Shown here piece by piece: positions 1 through 8,788 of a DNA stretch of 32,000 nucleotides. How positions within the stretch are numbered: the first letter of the stretch is position 1; each line of letters begins with the position of its first letter. The notes below the pieces were generated by a model, which was not told where the DNA came from, ran no database searches, and was given only the letters and a program-made list of their open reading frames with translations. A program made the translations under genes and the position numbers. The DNA comes from Candidatus Omnitrophota bacterium (GTDB lineage: Bacteria > Omnitrophota > Gorgyraeia > Velamenicoccales > JABMQK01), in contig JBHPGU010000013.1 of NCBI GenBank assembly GCA_042570265.1, positions 20,435 to 52,434 of the forward strand. The letters are read 5' to 3'.

Positions 1-236
1 CTGCCTAGAGATAACAATAGCGCGGCCATAATTGAAATAGGCAGTATAAATTGCAGGGAGTAAGGCATCATACATAAAAACAGGTTCAGAATCATAGTCA
101 GAGGGATTCCTTTTGTCACAATTAGGCCGACAAGGTAGACGATGTTTCCCAGCACCATTACTAGAGATAAGACTAATGAGGCTAGTAGAAAGGCTGAAAA
201 GAATTCCTTGAGCATATATTTATGTACGATTCTCAT
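1..236 (-). CDS. LptF/LptG (YjgP/YjgQ) family LPS export permease, N-terminal part only (continues beyond window)
   Basis: My reverse-strand translation from the ATG at 236-234 gives MRIVHKYMLKEFFSAFLLASLVLSLVMVLGNIVYLVGLIVTKGIPLTMILNLFLCMMPYSLQFILPISIMAALLLSLG. This fits the typical LptF/G N-terminus (R-x-x-x-Y-x-x-KEF, TM1, KG-x-P loop, P-rich TM2). It starts 5 nt after the comF stop, consistent with an operon. Confidence 0.6.
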   Translation of the reverse strand, partial: MRIVHKYMLKEFFSAFLLASLVLSLVMVLGNIVYLVGLIVTKGIPLTMILNLFLCMMPYSLQFILPISIMAALLLSLG

Positions 237-240
237 GGGA

Positions 241-1002
241 TTAGCTTGCTAGTGTTAAGACGTAAACTTTGCCTGGATCGAATTGATTAATTGCTTTTGC
301 TGCTTCAGAGAGTGTTGTACCAGTTGTCAGGACGTCGTCCATTAGTAGAATTGACTTTGATTTGATCCGAGTAGGGTTATTAATGGCGAAGCAGCCGGAA
401 ATATTCTTTATTCTCTTTTTTTCATCAAGGTCAATTTGTGATTTGGTGTTTTTGCGACGAGATAAGATATCGCTGTTCACTGGTTTCTGGGTTATTTCAC
501 TTACCATAGTGGCCAGTATTTGCGATTGATTATATTCCCTTTCTCTTAGCCTAACCGAATGTAGTGGAATAGGTATTATGAAGTCCACGTCTTTTAATAT
601 ATCAAAGTTTTCAAAGAATTCATGAAATAGATTTCTAAAAATTGTTTTATATTGTACTTTCTGTTTATATTTGAACCTATGTATAAGGTCTTTAATTAAC
701 CCTTCATAACTACATACTGACCAGGCTTGTTGAAAATAGTATTGCCTATTTGAGCATTTAGCGCATTCGCCCCTGCGGATGCTTTTTATTTCCTGAAGCC
801 CCCGTCCGCACTTTGAGCAGAAGGGCGGGATGTGTTTTTTTATATCATAGTAGCATTCATTGCATATATAGTTATTGATCTTATTGATCTGATTTGACCT
901 ATTACATCCAACGCAAACCTGAGGATATAGTATATTAATTATAGACTCTATGATGGGTATCGACATGTTATTCATATTAACATTAAGTCCTAATTTTGTC
1001 AA
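241..1002 (-). CDS. comF: ComF family protein (phosphoribosyltransferase-type, N-terminal Cys4 zinc finger)
   Basis: Cys pairs CVGC...CNEC and CSKC...CAKC at the N-terminus. C-terminal PRTase signature ILLMDDVLTTGTTLSEA. Confidence 0.8.
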   Translation of the reverse strand: MTKLGLNVNMNNMSIPIIESIINILYPQVCVGCNRSNQINKINNYICNECYYDIKKHIPPFCSKCGRGLQEIKSIRRGECAKCSNRQYYFQQAWSVCSYEGLIKDLIHRFKYKQKVQYKTIFRNLFHEFFENFDILKDVDFIIPIPLHSVRLREREYNQSQILATMVSEITQKPVNSDILSRRKNTKSQIDLDEKKRIKNISGCFAINNPTRIKSKSILLMDDVLTTGTTLSEAAKAINQFDPGKVYVLTLAS

Positions 1003-1030
1003 TTTGTTCGAGGATTCTGGTTGGGGCCGG

Positions 1031-1060
1031 TTGAGAGGACGAATATGTTGACACTATAAT
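1031..1060 (+). promoter_or_regulatory. Candidate sigma70-type promoter for pyrE (TTGAGA-18 nt-TATAAT)
   Basis: TTGAGA at 1031-1036 and a perfect TATAAT at 1055-1060, 22 nt upstream of the pyrE ATG, in the divergent comF/pyrE intergenic region. Confidence 0.4.
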
Positions 1061-1082
1061 GGTTTATTAGTAGAATAACTCT

Positions 1083-1646
1083 ATGAAAATTATGGATATA
1101 GATAAGGTTAGACGAGAATTATTTAAGCTTATCCAGTCAAAGGCTTATGCCGAAGGCAAATTTAAGCTCTCTAGTGGGAAAATAAGCGATTATTACATTG
1201 ATTGTAGAAAAGTTACCTTAAGTTCAAAAGGTGTATATTTTTGCGCGCTTTTGATTCTTGATTTAATCAAGAATAAACGCATAGCTGCTGTAGGTGGTCC
1301 TACCATTGGTGCAGATCCTATCGTGGGTGCGGTCAGTGTGTTAAGCCTAGTTAAGAGCAATAAGCCGATTAAGGCATTCCTGGTGCGTAAGTCTGCTAAA
1401 TCTCACGGCCTCAAGCGTCAAATCGAAGGACCAGTACTAAAAAGAGGTGAGAATGTAGTTGTAGTCGATGATGTGGCCACAACTGGCGGTTCGTTGGTCG
1501 ATACGATCTCTTGCTTGCGCAAGAAAGGCGTTAAAGTAAAATTAGTAGTTACGCTCGTAGATAGGAACGAAGGCGCAAAAGAAAGGCTAAAAAAAGCCAA
1601 GTGTAATTTTATATCAATCTTTAATATAAGAGATTTTAAAAAATAG
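1083..1646 (+). CDS. pyrE: Orotate phosphoribosyltransferase
   Basis: 187 aa. PRPP-binding motif VVVVDDVATTGGSL and a FKLSSGKISDYYIDCRK N-terminal region typical of short PyrE. Confidence 0.9.
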   Translation: MKIMDIDKVRRELFKLIQSKAYAEGKFKLSSGKISDYYIDCRKVTLSSKGVYFCALLILDLIKNKRIAAVGGPTIGADPIVGAVSVLSLVKSNKPIKAFLVRKSAKSHGLKRQIEGPVLKRGENVVVVDDVATTGGSLVDTISCLRKKGVKVKLVVTLVDRNEGAKERLKKAKCNFISIFNIRDFKK

Positions 1647-1809
1647 TTGTTAATTAAATCTAGCATTTCCTACCTTAGTGTCTTAATATTTCATTATAAA
1701 TGAAGATAGTCCTTGTTTCTAAATCAAAAACTCGTAAAAAAATATTAGAGGGTTGTTTCTGTGACATGATTGGTCTTCTGATGGAAAAATTATCTTCAAT
1801 TCTAAAAAA

Positions 1810-2598
1810 ATGAAGCTATTGATTTTATTCTTCGTCTTTACTTTGAATTTTTCTGGCTGTACAGAGTTTAATCCAGTAACCCAGAAGCAAGAGATGATCC
1901 TCTATAGTACTGAGAGGGAAGTAAATATAGGGAAAAATGTATCCCGTCAGGTTGAAAAAGAATACGAATTGGTAAAGAATCCCAACGTGATTGAGCGTAT
2001 AAATAGGATTACGGAGAAAATTGCCGCTGTATCTGATAGAAGAGATGTAAATTATTATGTAAGCGTAATCGAGGCCAAAGAAGAAGAAAAAGAGGATGGC
2101 GCTGATATAAACGCTTTTGCTCTGCCCGGAGGCTATATCTATCTTTATGACGGGTTGGTTGAGTTTGCCGGTAATGATGACCAGCTTGCCTGCGTAATTG
2201 CCCATGAAGTCGGACATATTGTGGCAAAACACAGTATCAAGAAATTGCAGGCGGCGATGGGTTATACGTTATTGAGCATAGCCGTAATGAGTACCGGAAA
2301 CGCTGATTTTGCCAGGGGTGTTAACTATGCCTTTTTTAATCTTCTCTTAGCTTATTCTAGAGAAGATGAATTATTAGCCGATAAATTGGGGGCGCGTTAC
2401 GCTAAAGAAGCGGGTTATAACCCCCGGGCGATGATGGATTTCTTGGAGAAGCTTAGAGAGAAGCAGAAAAAAGATCCCTTAAGGGCCAGAAATGTATATC
2501 GTACACATCCATATTTCTCTGAGAGGATCACAGCCATAAAAAAGGAATTAGGGGAACCCTTGACTGTAAGGGATTATGTAAATATTGTTAATGAGTAA
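1810..2598 (+). CDS. M48 family zinc metallopeptidase, lipoprotein
   Basis: Lipobox LNFSGC near the N-terminus. HEVGH zinc motif (AHEVGHIVAKH) and a downstream E-rich helix. Length and layout of small M48 (LoiP/BepA-like) peptidases. Confidence 0.85.
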   Translation: MKLLILFFVFTLNFSGCTEFNPVTQKQEMILYSTEREVNIGKNVSRQVEKEYELVKNPNVIERINRITEKIAAVSDRRDVNYYVSVIEAKEEEKEDGADINAFALPGGYIYLYDGLVEFAGNDDQLACVIAHEVGHIVAKHSIKKLQAAMGYTLLSIAVMSTGNADFARGVNYAFFNLLLAYSREDELLADKLGARYAKEAGYNPRAMMDFLEKLREKQKKDPLRARNVYRTHPYFSERITAIKKELGEPLTVRDYVNIVNE

Positions 2599-4333
2599 AA
2601 TCAAAAACACAATGGGATTATTTAAAAATACAGATTTGGGTATTAAGATTAAAAATAAGCATTTTTTAAATTTTCTTAAGGTCTTATTATTATTCTTGCT
2701 TTTTCTGTTTTTAAATAGCAATGCCTTAAACAATGAGTTTACAATGGATGATAATGCATTAATTTCTTCTAATCGTCTGACTCATAATTTGGAATTTGCA
2801 CAAATGTCTTTTGGAAAGCCTTTATTTGGTGTTGAATCGGGGACTATTTACAGACCGCTTCTTCAAATTTTTCTTATGTGGGAATATCTTTTGTTTAAAT
2901 CTAATCCTTTTGGTTATCACTTTGTCAACATCTTACTCCATTTTATAAATAGCCTGCTATTCTTTAAGATTATAAATATTCTTTTTGGTAACTATGAATT
3001 ATCTTTGTTATCGTCTTTTTTGTTTGCTATCCATCCTATCAACAGCTACGTTATTAACATATGTGTTGGTAGTGATCTATATTTAGGTAATATGTTAATG
3101 CTATTATCAATTCTGAGTTTTCTAGTTTTCTTGTCGAATAAAAAGTATAAATTTTACTTTATAAGTATCATATATTTTGTCATCGCTTTATTATTTCGGG
3201 AAAACGCAGCATTATTCCCGTTTTATTTGTTATGTCTTATATTTTATTGTTGCAAGAAGGAAAATGTCAAAAAATACCTCTATTTAATTGCGCCTTTTTT
3301 TATACTTAGTTTTGTCTACTTATTTTCTAGACTCTTCTTTTTTAGCCTTAGTTCAGCAATCTTTAATGATGTCGGGAAATCATTTAATATCCTAGATTAT
3401 ATTGTTGGTTTTTCACGCTTAATATTACTGTATTTATCTTCAATAGTTATTCCTGGAAATATTGTTTGGATTTGGAGCATTGCTCCCAGAGCGGGAATTA
3501 CCAATATTGAATTTGTGGCATTGTTATTAATTTGTTTAATTATTGTTTATTTGTTTGCCAGGCTCAAAAAACATAGAATTGGGTCTTTTTGTATATTATG
3601 GTTTTTAATTGGCGCACTTCCTCTACTATTGGTGATTGGCAGCAGATATGATTTTGGTTTTGTCTTAGAGCCACACTGGCTATATTTTTCCTCAATAGGC
3701 GCTTTCTTGCTTATAAGTGTTTTCTTATTAAAATTAAAGAAGCATATAAATTTAACCTTATGGATATGTATAACTGTAGCTATGTTATCGTTCTTTTGCC
3801 AAGAAGCTAGGAAGCAGAATTCTCTTTGGAGAGAGCCGAAAGTATATTACGAACATTGGCTAAGAAAATTTCCTAATAATATGGCTCGCCTAAATTTAGC
3901 GAGTATTGCTTTAGAGAATGGTGATTGTGACAATGCCGAAGCATTATTCAATGAAGCAATCTCTCATCTTGTTTTTGAAAAAGATGGCTTGTATTTCTTT
4001 TCTCCAAGAAAAGCTGCTTTGATTTATTCTAACGTAGGAAATTTTTACTATTTCCAAGACCGGTATGCTGAGGCTCTGGCAATGTATAATGAGGCAATAA
4101 AGATAAATCCCAAAAATTCGATGGCATATTTTTTTAGAGCAGTAACCTTTTTAAAAACTAACCAAAAAGACAAGGCAGTATTGGATTTTGAAAGAGCTAT
4201 TGAGGTAGATCCCTACATTTTAGAAGCACACTACAACCTTGCCATACTCTATGCAGAATCAGGTAATGAAGATAAGGCCTTGGAAGAATACTATAAAGCT
4301 ATAAAACTTGATAAAAATTGTTTTAAGCTTTAA
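2591..4333 (+). CDS. TMTC-like GT-C fold membrane glycosyltransferase with C-terminal TPR repeats (putative)
   Basis: About 10 predicted TM helices. A first-loop acidic motif FTMDDNALISSN resembles the F-x-x-DD motif of PMT/TMTC-type GT-C enzymes. The C-terminal ~170 aa show TPR periodicity (AEALFNEAI, YAEALAMYNEAIKINPKN, KAVLDFERAIEVDP, ALEEYYKAIKLD). The ATG at 2591 overlaps the M48 stop; the ORF track uses the TTG at 2585. Confidence 0.7.
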   Translation: MSKIKNTMGLFKNTDLGIKIKNKHFLNFLKVLLLFLLFLFLNSNALNNEFTMDDNALISSNRLTHNLEFAQMSFGKPLFGVESGTIYRPLLQIFLMWEYLLFKSNPFGYHFVNILLHFINSLLFFKIINILFGNYELSLLSSFLFAIHPINSYVINICVGSDLYLGNMLMLLSILSFLVFLSNKKYKFYFISIIYFVIALLFRENAALFPFYLLCLIFYCCKKENVKKYLYLIAPFFILSFVYLFSRLFFFSLSSAIFNDVGKSFNILDYIVGFSRLILLYLSSIVIPGNIVWIWSIAPRAGITNIEFVALLLICLIIVYLFARLKKHRIGSFCILWFLIGALPLLLVIGSRYDFGFVLEPHWLYFSSIGAFLLISVFLLKLKKHINLTLWICITVAMLSFFCQEARKQNSLWREPKVYYEHWLRKFPNNMARLNLASIALENGDCDNAEALFNEAISHLVFEKDGLYFFSPRKAALIYSNVGNFYYFQDRYAEALAMYNEAIKINPKNSMAYFFRAVTFLKTNQKDKAVLDFERAIEVDPYILEAHYNLAILYAESGNEDKALEEYYKAIKLDKNCFKL

Positions 4334-4368
4334 ACTAATATAGTAATTAAGCATTTGAGCGAAGTAGA

Positions 4369-4452
4369 GCCGAAGTGGCGGAATTGGCATACGCGCTGCG
4401 TTCAGGGCGCAGTTCCTTTCGGGGATTGAGAGTTCGAATCTCTCCTTCGGCA
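4369..4452 (+). tRNA. tRNA-Leu, anticodon CAG (class II, long variable arm)
   Basis: Acceptor GCCGAAG pairs with CTTCGGC, followed by discriminator A. Anticodon stem CTGCG/CGCAG with loop TTCAGGG (anticodon CAG). Variable arm TTCCTTTCGGGGA. T arm GAGAGTTCGAATCTCTC. CCA is not encoded (CAA follows). Confidence 0.9.
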
Positions 4453-4499
4453 CAAATTTCATAAATACTTACCATTTTAATAAAAAAACTATAAAATAC

Positions 4500-4528
4500 T
4501 TGAAAATTAATTGAATATTTATTAATAT
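4500..4528 (+). promoter_or_regulatory. Candidate promoter upstream of the polyamine genes (TTGAAA-17 nt-TAATAT)
   Basis: Hexamers at 4500-4505 and 4523-4528 with a 17-nt spacer. The AT-rich context makes a chance match plausible. Confidence 0.3.
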
Positions 4529-4626
4529 AAAACAATCACTCCTTTTTATAATTAAATAGGCTGTCACGAAAATCGTTCCAGCCTATGATCAAGGGCGGCA
4601 CGGCCTATAATTAAACAATTTTTCCA

Positions 4627-5730
4627 ATGGTTTTACAGACACCTTATTATTTAATTGACGAAAAGAAATTATTGAGGAACCTTAAGCTGATTAAGCGTGT
4701 CAGGGATTGTTCTGGCGCTAAATCTGTATTGGCACTTAAATGTTTTTCAACCTGGAGTGTTTTTGATCTGATGAAAAAATACATGGATGGGGTGACATCC
4801 AGCTCTGTTTACGAAGCCCGCCTGGGCCATGAAAAATTCGGCAAAGAAGTCCACGCCTATTGTGTGGCCTATTCCGAAGCAGACATTAAGGAAATCAGCC
4901 GTTTTGCTGATAAGGTAATTTTTAATTCGCTTTCACAGTTGCAGATGCTCTATTCCCACATCCGTAACTCTAAGATTGGCTTGAGAATCAACCCGCGCGT
5001 AAGTTACTCCCACTTTGATCTAGCTGATCCAGCGCGTCGTTTCTCCCGCCTTGGTGTCCTCGATAAAAATTCCCTTTCTAAAGCACTGCCTTTCTTAAGC
5101 GGCATCATGTTCCACTTTAACTGCGAAAATAGTGATTTTAAGAATTTTTCTTCTCATATAGATTTTATCAGCCGTGAATACAAAGATATATTGAATCAGC
5201 TTGAATGGGTAAGTCTGGGTGGTGGTATTTATTTTACCAAACAAGGATACCCGTTTGATAAATTTTGTAGAAAATTAAAAGAATTTAGTAAACGTTTTAA
5301 TGTCCAGGTTTATTTAGAACCTGGTGAGACGGTTATTACTCAATCGGCGCAATTAGTTACAAGGGTTTTGGATGTTGTGCGTAACAGAATAGATATCGCC
5401 ATAGTCGATGCTTCTATCGAAGCTCATATGTTGGACCTGTTGGTTTATCGTACAAGCGCCAAAATTGAAGACAATGGGAGTAGGCGTTTTAAATATATGG
5501 TTGCCGGACGCTCTTGCTTGGCCGGAGATATTTTTGGTACCTTTAGATTTAAGTCGCGCTTAAAAGTCGGCAGTATTATAAAATTTTGTGATGCTGCTGG
5601 ATATACCATGGTCAAAAAAAATTGGTTTAATGGCTTAAATATGCCTTCGATTGTGGTAAAGAGACTGAATGGCAGAGTAGAGGTTGTAAGGCGTTTCCAA
5701 TATAGAGACTTTGTGAACAGTTTATCATAA
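4627..5730 (+). CDS. nspC: Carboxynorspermidine/carboxyspermidine decarboxylase
   Basis: 367 aa. The N-terminus TPYYLIDEKKLLRNLK, the internal SLGGGI motif and the CLAGD motif match the PLP-dependent (alanine racemase fold) NspC family. It is adjacent to the partner dehydrogenase. Confidence 0.9.
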   Translation: MVLQTPYYLIDEKKLLRNLKLIKRVRDCSGAKSVLALKCFSTWSVFDLMKKYMDGVTSSSVYEARLGHEKFGKEVHAYCVAYSEADIKEISRFADKVIFNSLSQLQMLYSHIRNSKIGLRINPRVSYSHFDLADPARRFSRLGVLDKNSLSKALPFLSGIMFHFNCENSDFKNFSSHIDFISREYKDILNQLEWVSLGGGIYFTKQGYPFDKFCRKLKEFSKRFNVQVYLEPGETVITQSAQLVTRVLDVVRNRIDIAIVDASIEAHMLDLLVYRTSAKIEDNGSRRFKYMVAGRSCLAGDIFGTFRFKSRLKVGSIIKFCDAAGYTMVKKNWFNGLNMPSIVVKRLNGRVEVVRRFQYRDFVNSLS

Positions 5731-5778
5731 TAATTACTCCACGCTCAGGCGCGGGAAAAAATTGGAGGACCTAATGAC

Positions 5779-7026
5779 ATGAAGAAAAACATCTTAATTG
5801 TTGGGGCTGGGGGCGTTGCCCATGTCACCGCACATAAATGCGCTCAAAATAATGATGTATTAGGTGACATTTGTATTGCCTCTAGGACTAAAGAGAAGTG
5901 CGACGCCATAATAGAAAGCATCAAGAGAAAGAATAGCATTAAGGATAAGACCAAAAAGCTGCAATCCCGCCAACTCAACGCTCTGGATATCTCCGCCACA
6001 AAAAAAATTATCCAAGAGACCAATTCGCAAATAGTAATTAATCTTGCGCAACCATATATTAATATGTCGTTATTGACCGCCTGTATCCAGACCAAAGTGG
6101 CATATATGGATACTGCCATACATGAAGATCCGAATAAGGTCTGTGAGGATCCTCCCTGGTATGCCAACTACGAGTGGCCACGTAAAGATGAGTGCAAAAA
6201 GAACGGCATCACTACTATCTTAGGTGCGGGTTTTGACCCGGGGGTAGTCAATGCCTACGCTGCGCTGGCAGTAAAGCATTACTTCGATACTATCGATACG
6301 ATAGATATTATGGATGTCAATGCCGGAAATCATGGGAAATACTTTTCTACCAATTTTGATCCTGAGATAAATTTCCGGGAATTCAAAAAAGTCTGGGCCT
6401 GGATTGATAAAAAGTGGGTGAGCGAGAAAGTACATTCCATTAAGATGATCTACGATTTTCCAGTTGTGGGCAATCAGCCGATATATCTAAACGGCCACGA
6501 CGAGATTCACTCTCTTTCAAAAAATATCGATGCCAACACCATTCGTTTTTGGATGGGGTTTGGTGATCACTATCTAAATGTTTTCTCAGTATTGAGTAAT
6601 TTAGGCTTAACTTCAGAACACCCCATTAAGACTGCTGAGGGCCTAGAAGTAGTTCCGCTGAAAGTCCTGAAAGCAATTCTTCCCGATCCTTCATCGCTAG
6701 CTCCTAACTATACAGGAAAGACCTGCATCGGAGATTACATAAAAGGTGAAAAGGATGGCAAAGAGAAGGTGGTGTTTATTTACAACACCTGCGATCATGT
6801 CCAGTGCTATAAAGAAGTAGAGTCGCAGGCAATCTCTTATACCGCCGGCGTTCCTCCGGTTGCTGCAGCTATGCTTATCGCTAATGGCACCTGGGATGTT
6901 AAGACTATGGTCAACGTAGAGGAACTAGATCCCGATCCTTTTATAGAATTACTTGGTAAGATAGGCTTACCTACAGTGGTTGAGGAAAATCCTGTGTCTT
7001 TTCAGCTAAACGCAAAGGTTGGATAA
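5779..7026 (+). CDS. Saccharopine dehydrogenase family enzyme, carboxynorspermidine/carboxyspermidine synthase (dehydrogenase)
   Basis: 415 aa. N-terminal Rossmann motif ILIVGAGGVAHVTAHK. The length and the GAGFDPGVVNAYA segment are typical of CANSDH. It forms an operon with nspC. Confidence 0.85.
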   Translation: MKKNILIVGAGGVAHVTAHKCAQNNDVLGDICIASRTKEKCDAIIESIKRKNSIKDKTKKLQSRQLNALDISATKKIIQETNSQIVINLAQPYINMSLLTACIQTKVAYMDTAIHEDPNKVCEDPPWYANYEWPRKDECKKNGITTILGAGFDPGVVNAYAALAVKHYFDTIDTIDIMDVNAGNHGKYFSTNFDPEINFREFKKVWAWIDKKWVSEKVHSIKMIYDFPVVGNQPIYLNGHDEIHSLSKNIDANTIRFWMGFGDHYLNVFSVLSNLGLTSEHPIKTAEGLEVVPLKVLKAILPDPSSLAPNYTGKTCIGDYIKGEKDGKEKVVFIYNTCDHVQCYKEVESQAISYTAGVPPVAAAMLIANGTWDVKTMVNVEELDPDPFIELLGKIGLPTVVEENPVSFQLNAKVG

Positions 7027-7253
7027 GGCCTAGAAGATTAATTTTTTGTGAGGATATAATTAAGCCAATCAAGAAGTTTTCCATAGGTTTCTTATACATA
7101 GCTTATATAATAATATTAAGCATAGTATTTGAAATTCCCCACCAAAAGAGCTATAATTGTTGAAATACTGGATAGACAAAATCGCTTCCCCAAATTATAA
7201 TTTGAGTTTACAATAAGTATTTACAAGAAGAACTCTTTCCAAGGAGTAAGTCC

Positions 7254-8177
7254 GTGAGCGATAATAGGGATATTGTTTATGCAGTGTTTGGTTTTGGTTT
7301 CGGCATTTGGTCTTTTTTCTGGGGATTTAAGCGCCTGCGCAGAAAGAGACGCATCGAGAATGTGCCTACCTCTACGGTACGCGGCCTAGCAATGGGTTTA
7401 GTCGAGTTGATCGGCAAGGCGAAAAAGAACAAACTCCTGGTCAGCCCATTTACAAACACAGAGTGCGTATTCTATCGCTATACGATAGAGAGATATGAGA
7501 AGAGAGGCAAGTCGAGCTCCTGGGTAACTATCGCGAAAGGCGACAGCTATGCTTCAGCTTTTTACTTAGAAGACGGAACCGGTAAAGTCTTAGTCTTGCC
7601 TCTGGGCGCTGAAACGATCTTGCCTAGAGATTATGAATTGAATACTAGCTGGGGCAAAACAGTACCAAGCAACTTGGTAAATTTTCTGGACAGCCACTCT
7701 ATACGTTACAAAAGTTTTTTGGGTAGATATCCTTTGCGATTCAGGGAGTGGTATATCTGTGAAGACGAAAGGGTATATGTGTTGGGGACGGCTAAAAAAC
7801 AGCGCGACCCGTTAAATGACTATCAAAATAGATTAGTTAAGCGGTTGGATGAGCTGAAAAGCGACGCTTCCAAGATGCAAGAGGTCGATAGCGATAAAGA
7901 CGGCAGGATCAGCACTGAGGAGTGGGATCGGGCCGTGGCCAATGTTGAGAGAGGGCTATTAGAAGAAGAGTTGAGGTCTAAGAGTGCGGATAACTCTACT
8001 GATGTTGTAGTGACTAAGGGAGAGATGGACGATTTGTTTATGATCTCCGACCACAGCGAAAAAGAGCTCACCAAGAAACTTGGCTGGCAGGCCGGTTTAG
8101 GAATCCTTGGTGGTTCGGTCTTGAGTTTGCTGTTGTTGGTTTATTTGGTATTTCGTTTAAAAAGTTTGTGGTTTTAA
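7254..8177 (+). CDS. GIDE-domain (E3 ubiquitin ligase-like, PF12483-type) membrane protein with an embedded EF-hand
   Basis: GTG start with AGGAG 6 nt upstream. N-terminal TM followed by KRLRRKRRIENVPTSTVRGLAMGLVELIGKA...SPFTNTECVFYRY, as in GIDE proteins. Canonical 12-residue EF-hand loop DSDKDGRISTEE. C-terminal TM helix. Confidence 0.75.
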   Translation: MSDNRDIVYAVFGFGFGIWSFFWGFKRLRRKRRIENVPTSTVRGLAMGLVELIGKAKKNKLLVSPFTNTECVFYRYTIERYEKRGKSSSWVTIAKGDSYASAFYLEDGTGKVLVLPLGAETILPRDYELNTSWGKTVPSNLVNFLDSHSIRYKSFLGRYPLRFREWYICEDERVYVLGTAKKQRDPLNDYQNRLVKRLDELKSDASKMQEVDSDKDGRISTEEWDRAVANVERGLLEEELRSKSADNSTDVVVTKGEMDDLFMISDHSEKELTKKLGWQAGLGILGGSVLSLLLLVYLVFRLKSLWF

Positions 8178-8194
8178 CAAGGGGGAGGTAGGGT

Positions 8195-8767
8195 ATGGCA
8201 TGGATAATTGTATTAGCTGCTTTGTTGTTTTTAATTGTCGGCTGCATCATGTTCTTTGTCTCGATTTACAACGGCTTAATAAGATTGTCCCGCAATATCG
8301 AGAAAGCTTGGTCTAATATCGGGGTCTTGTTAAAACAGCGATATGATGAGATACCGAAATTGATCAAGGTCTGTGAAGGATACATGAAGTATGAGCGCGA
8401 GACCCTAGAAAAGATCACTGCCGCCAGGACTGCTTGTATCCAGGCAAAGAACGTAGGGGAGTCGTCTAAGGCCGAGGGAGAGTTAGGCAAGACGCTGAAG
8501 ACTTTGTTTGCCGTAGCTGAAAACTATCCCGATCTGAAGGCGAATCAGAATTTTGCCCAGCTGCAACAGCGCGTAAGTTATCTGGAAAGTCAAATTGCCG
8601 ACCGCAGGGAATATTATAATGACTCTACGAATAATTACAATATTAGGATAAATCAGCTGCCGGATATGTTCGTAGCTCAGATGCTGCAGATGAAACCTAA
8701 GGAGCTGTTTAAGGTCAGCGAAGAAGAAAAGAAAGATGTGGATATCAATTTTAATTTTCCCAAATAA
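8195..8767 (+). CDS. lemA: LemA family protein
   Basis: 190 aa. N-terminal TM, then YNGLIRLSRNIEKAWSNIGVLLKQRYDEIPKL and AENYPDLKANQNF, which are diagnostic LemA blocks. Strong RBS GGGGGAGG. Confidence 0.9.
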   Translation: MAWIIVLAALLFLIVGCIMFFVSIYNGLIRLSRNIEKAWSNIGVLLKQRYDEIPKLIKVCEGYMKYERETLEKITAARTACIQAKNVGESSKAEGELGKTLKTLFAVAENYPDLKANQNFAQLQQRVSYLESQIADRREYYNDSTNNYNIRINQLPDMFVAQMLQMKPKELFKVSEEEKKDVDINFNFPK

Positions 8768-8788
8768 ATCCTAAAGTTAAGAAATTAT

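Noticed and set aside
1418-2232. Minus-strand ORFs 1418-1666, 1825-2232 and 2009-2227. Also similar antisense ORFs inside nspC/CANSDH, treZ, GH57, treY, malQ, the MscS genes, wzc and rfbB
   Set aside because: All are fully embedded antisense, or in alternative frames, within plus-strand genes that carry diagnostic family motifs. None has an RBS or a recognisable motif.
2585-2590. TTG start for the TPR membrane protein, as given in the ORF track
   Set aside because: An ATG two codons downstream (2591) gives the same protein and forms the ATGAGTAA overlap with the upstream stop, so the ATG is preferred. The difference is trivial.
4259-4535. Two minus-strand ORFs (67 and 62 aa)
   Set aside because: They run antisense through the tRNA-Leu gene and the end of the TPR gene. 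The tRNA explains the conserved-looking GC-rich stretch.
4529-4626. Possible riboswitch or leader structure upstream of nspC (hairpin AGGCTG...CAGCCT, GC-rich GGGCGGCACGGCC)
   Set aside because: I cannot match it to any known riboswitch consensus. It is a short 6-bp stem only, so the evidence is insufficient without comparative data.
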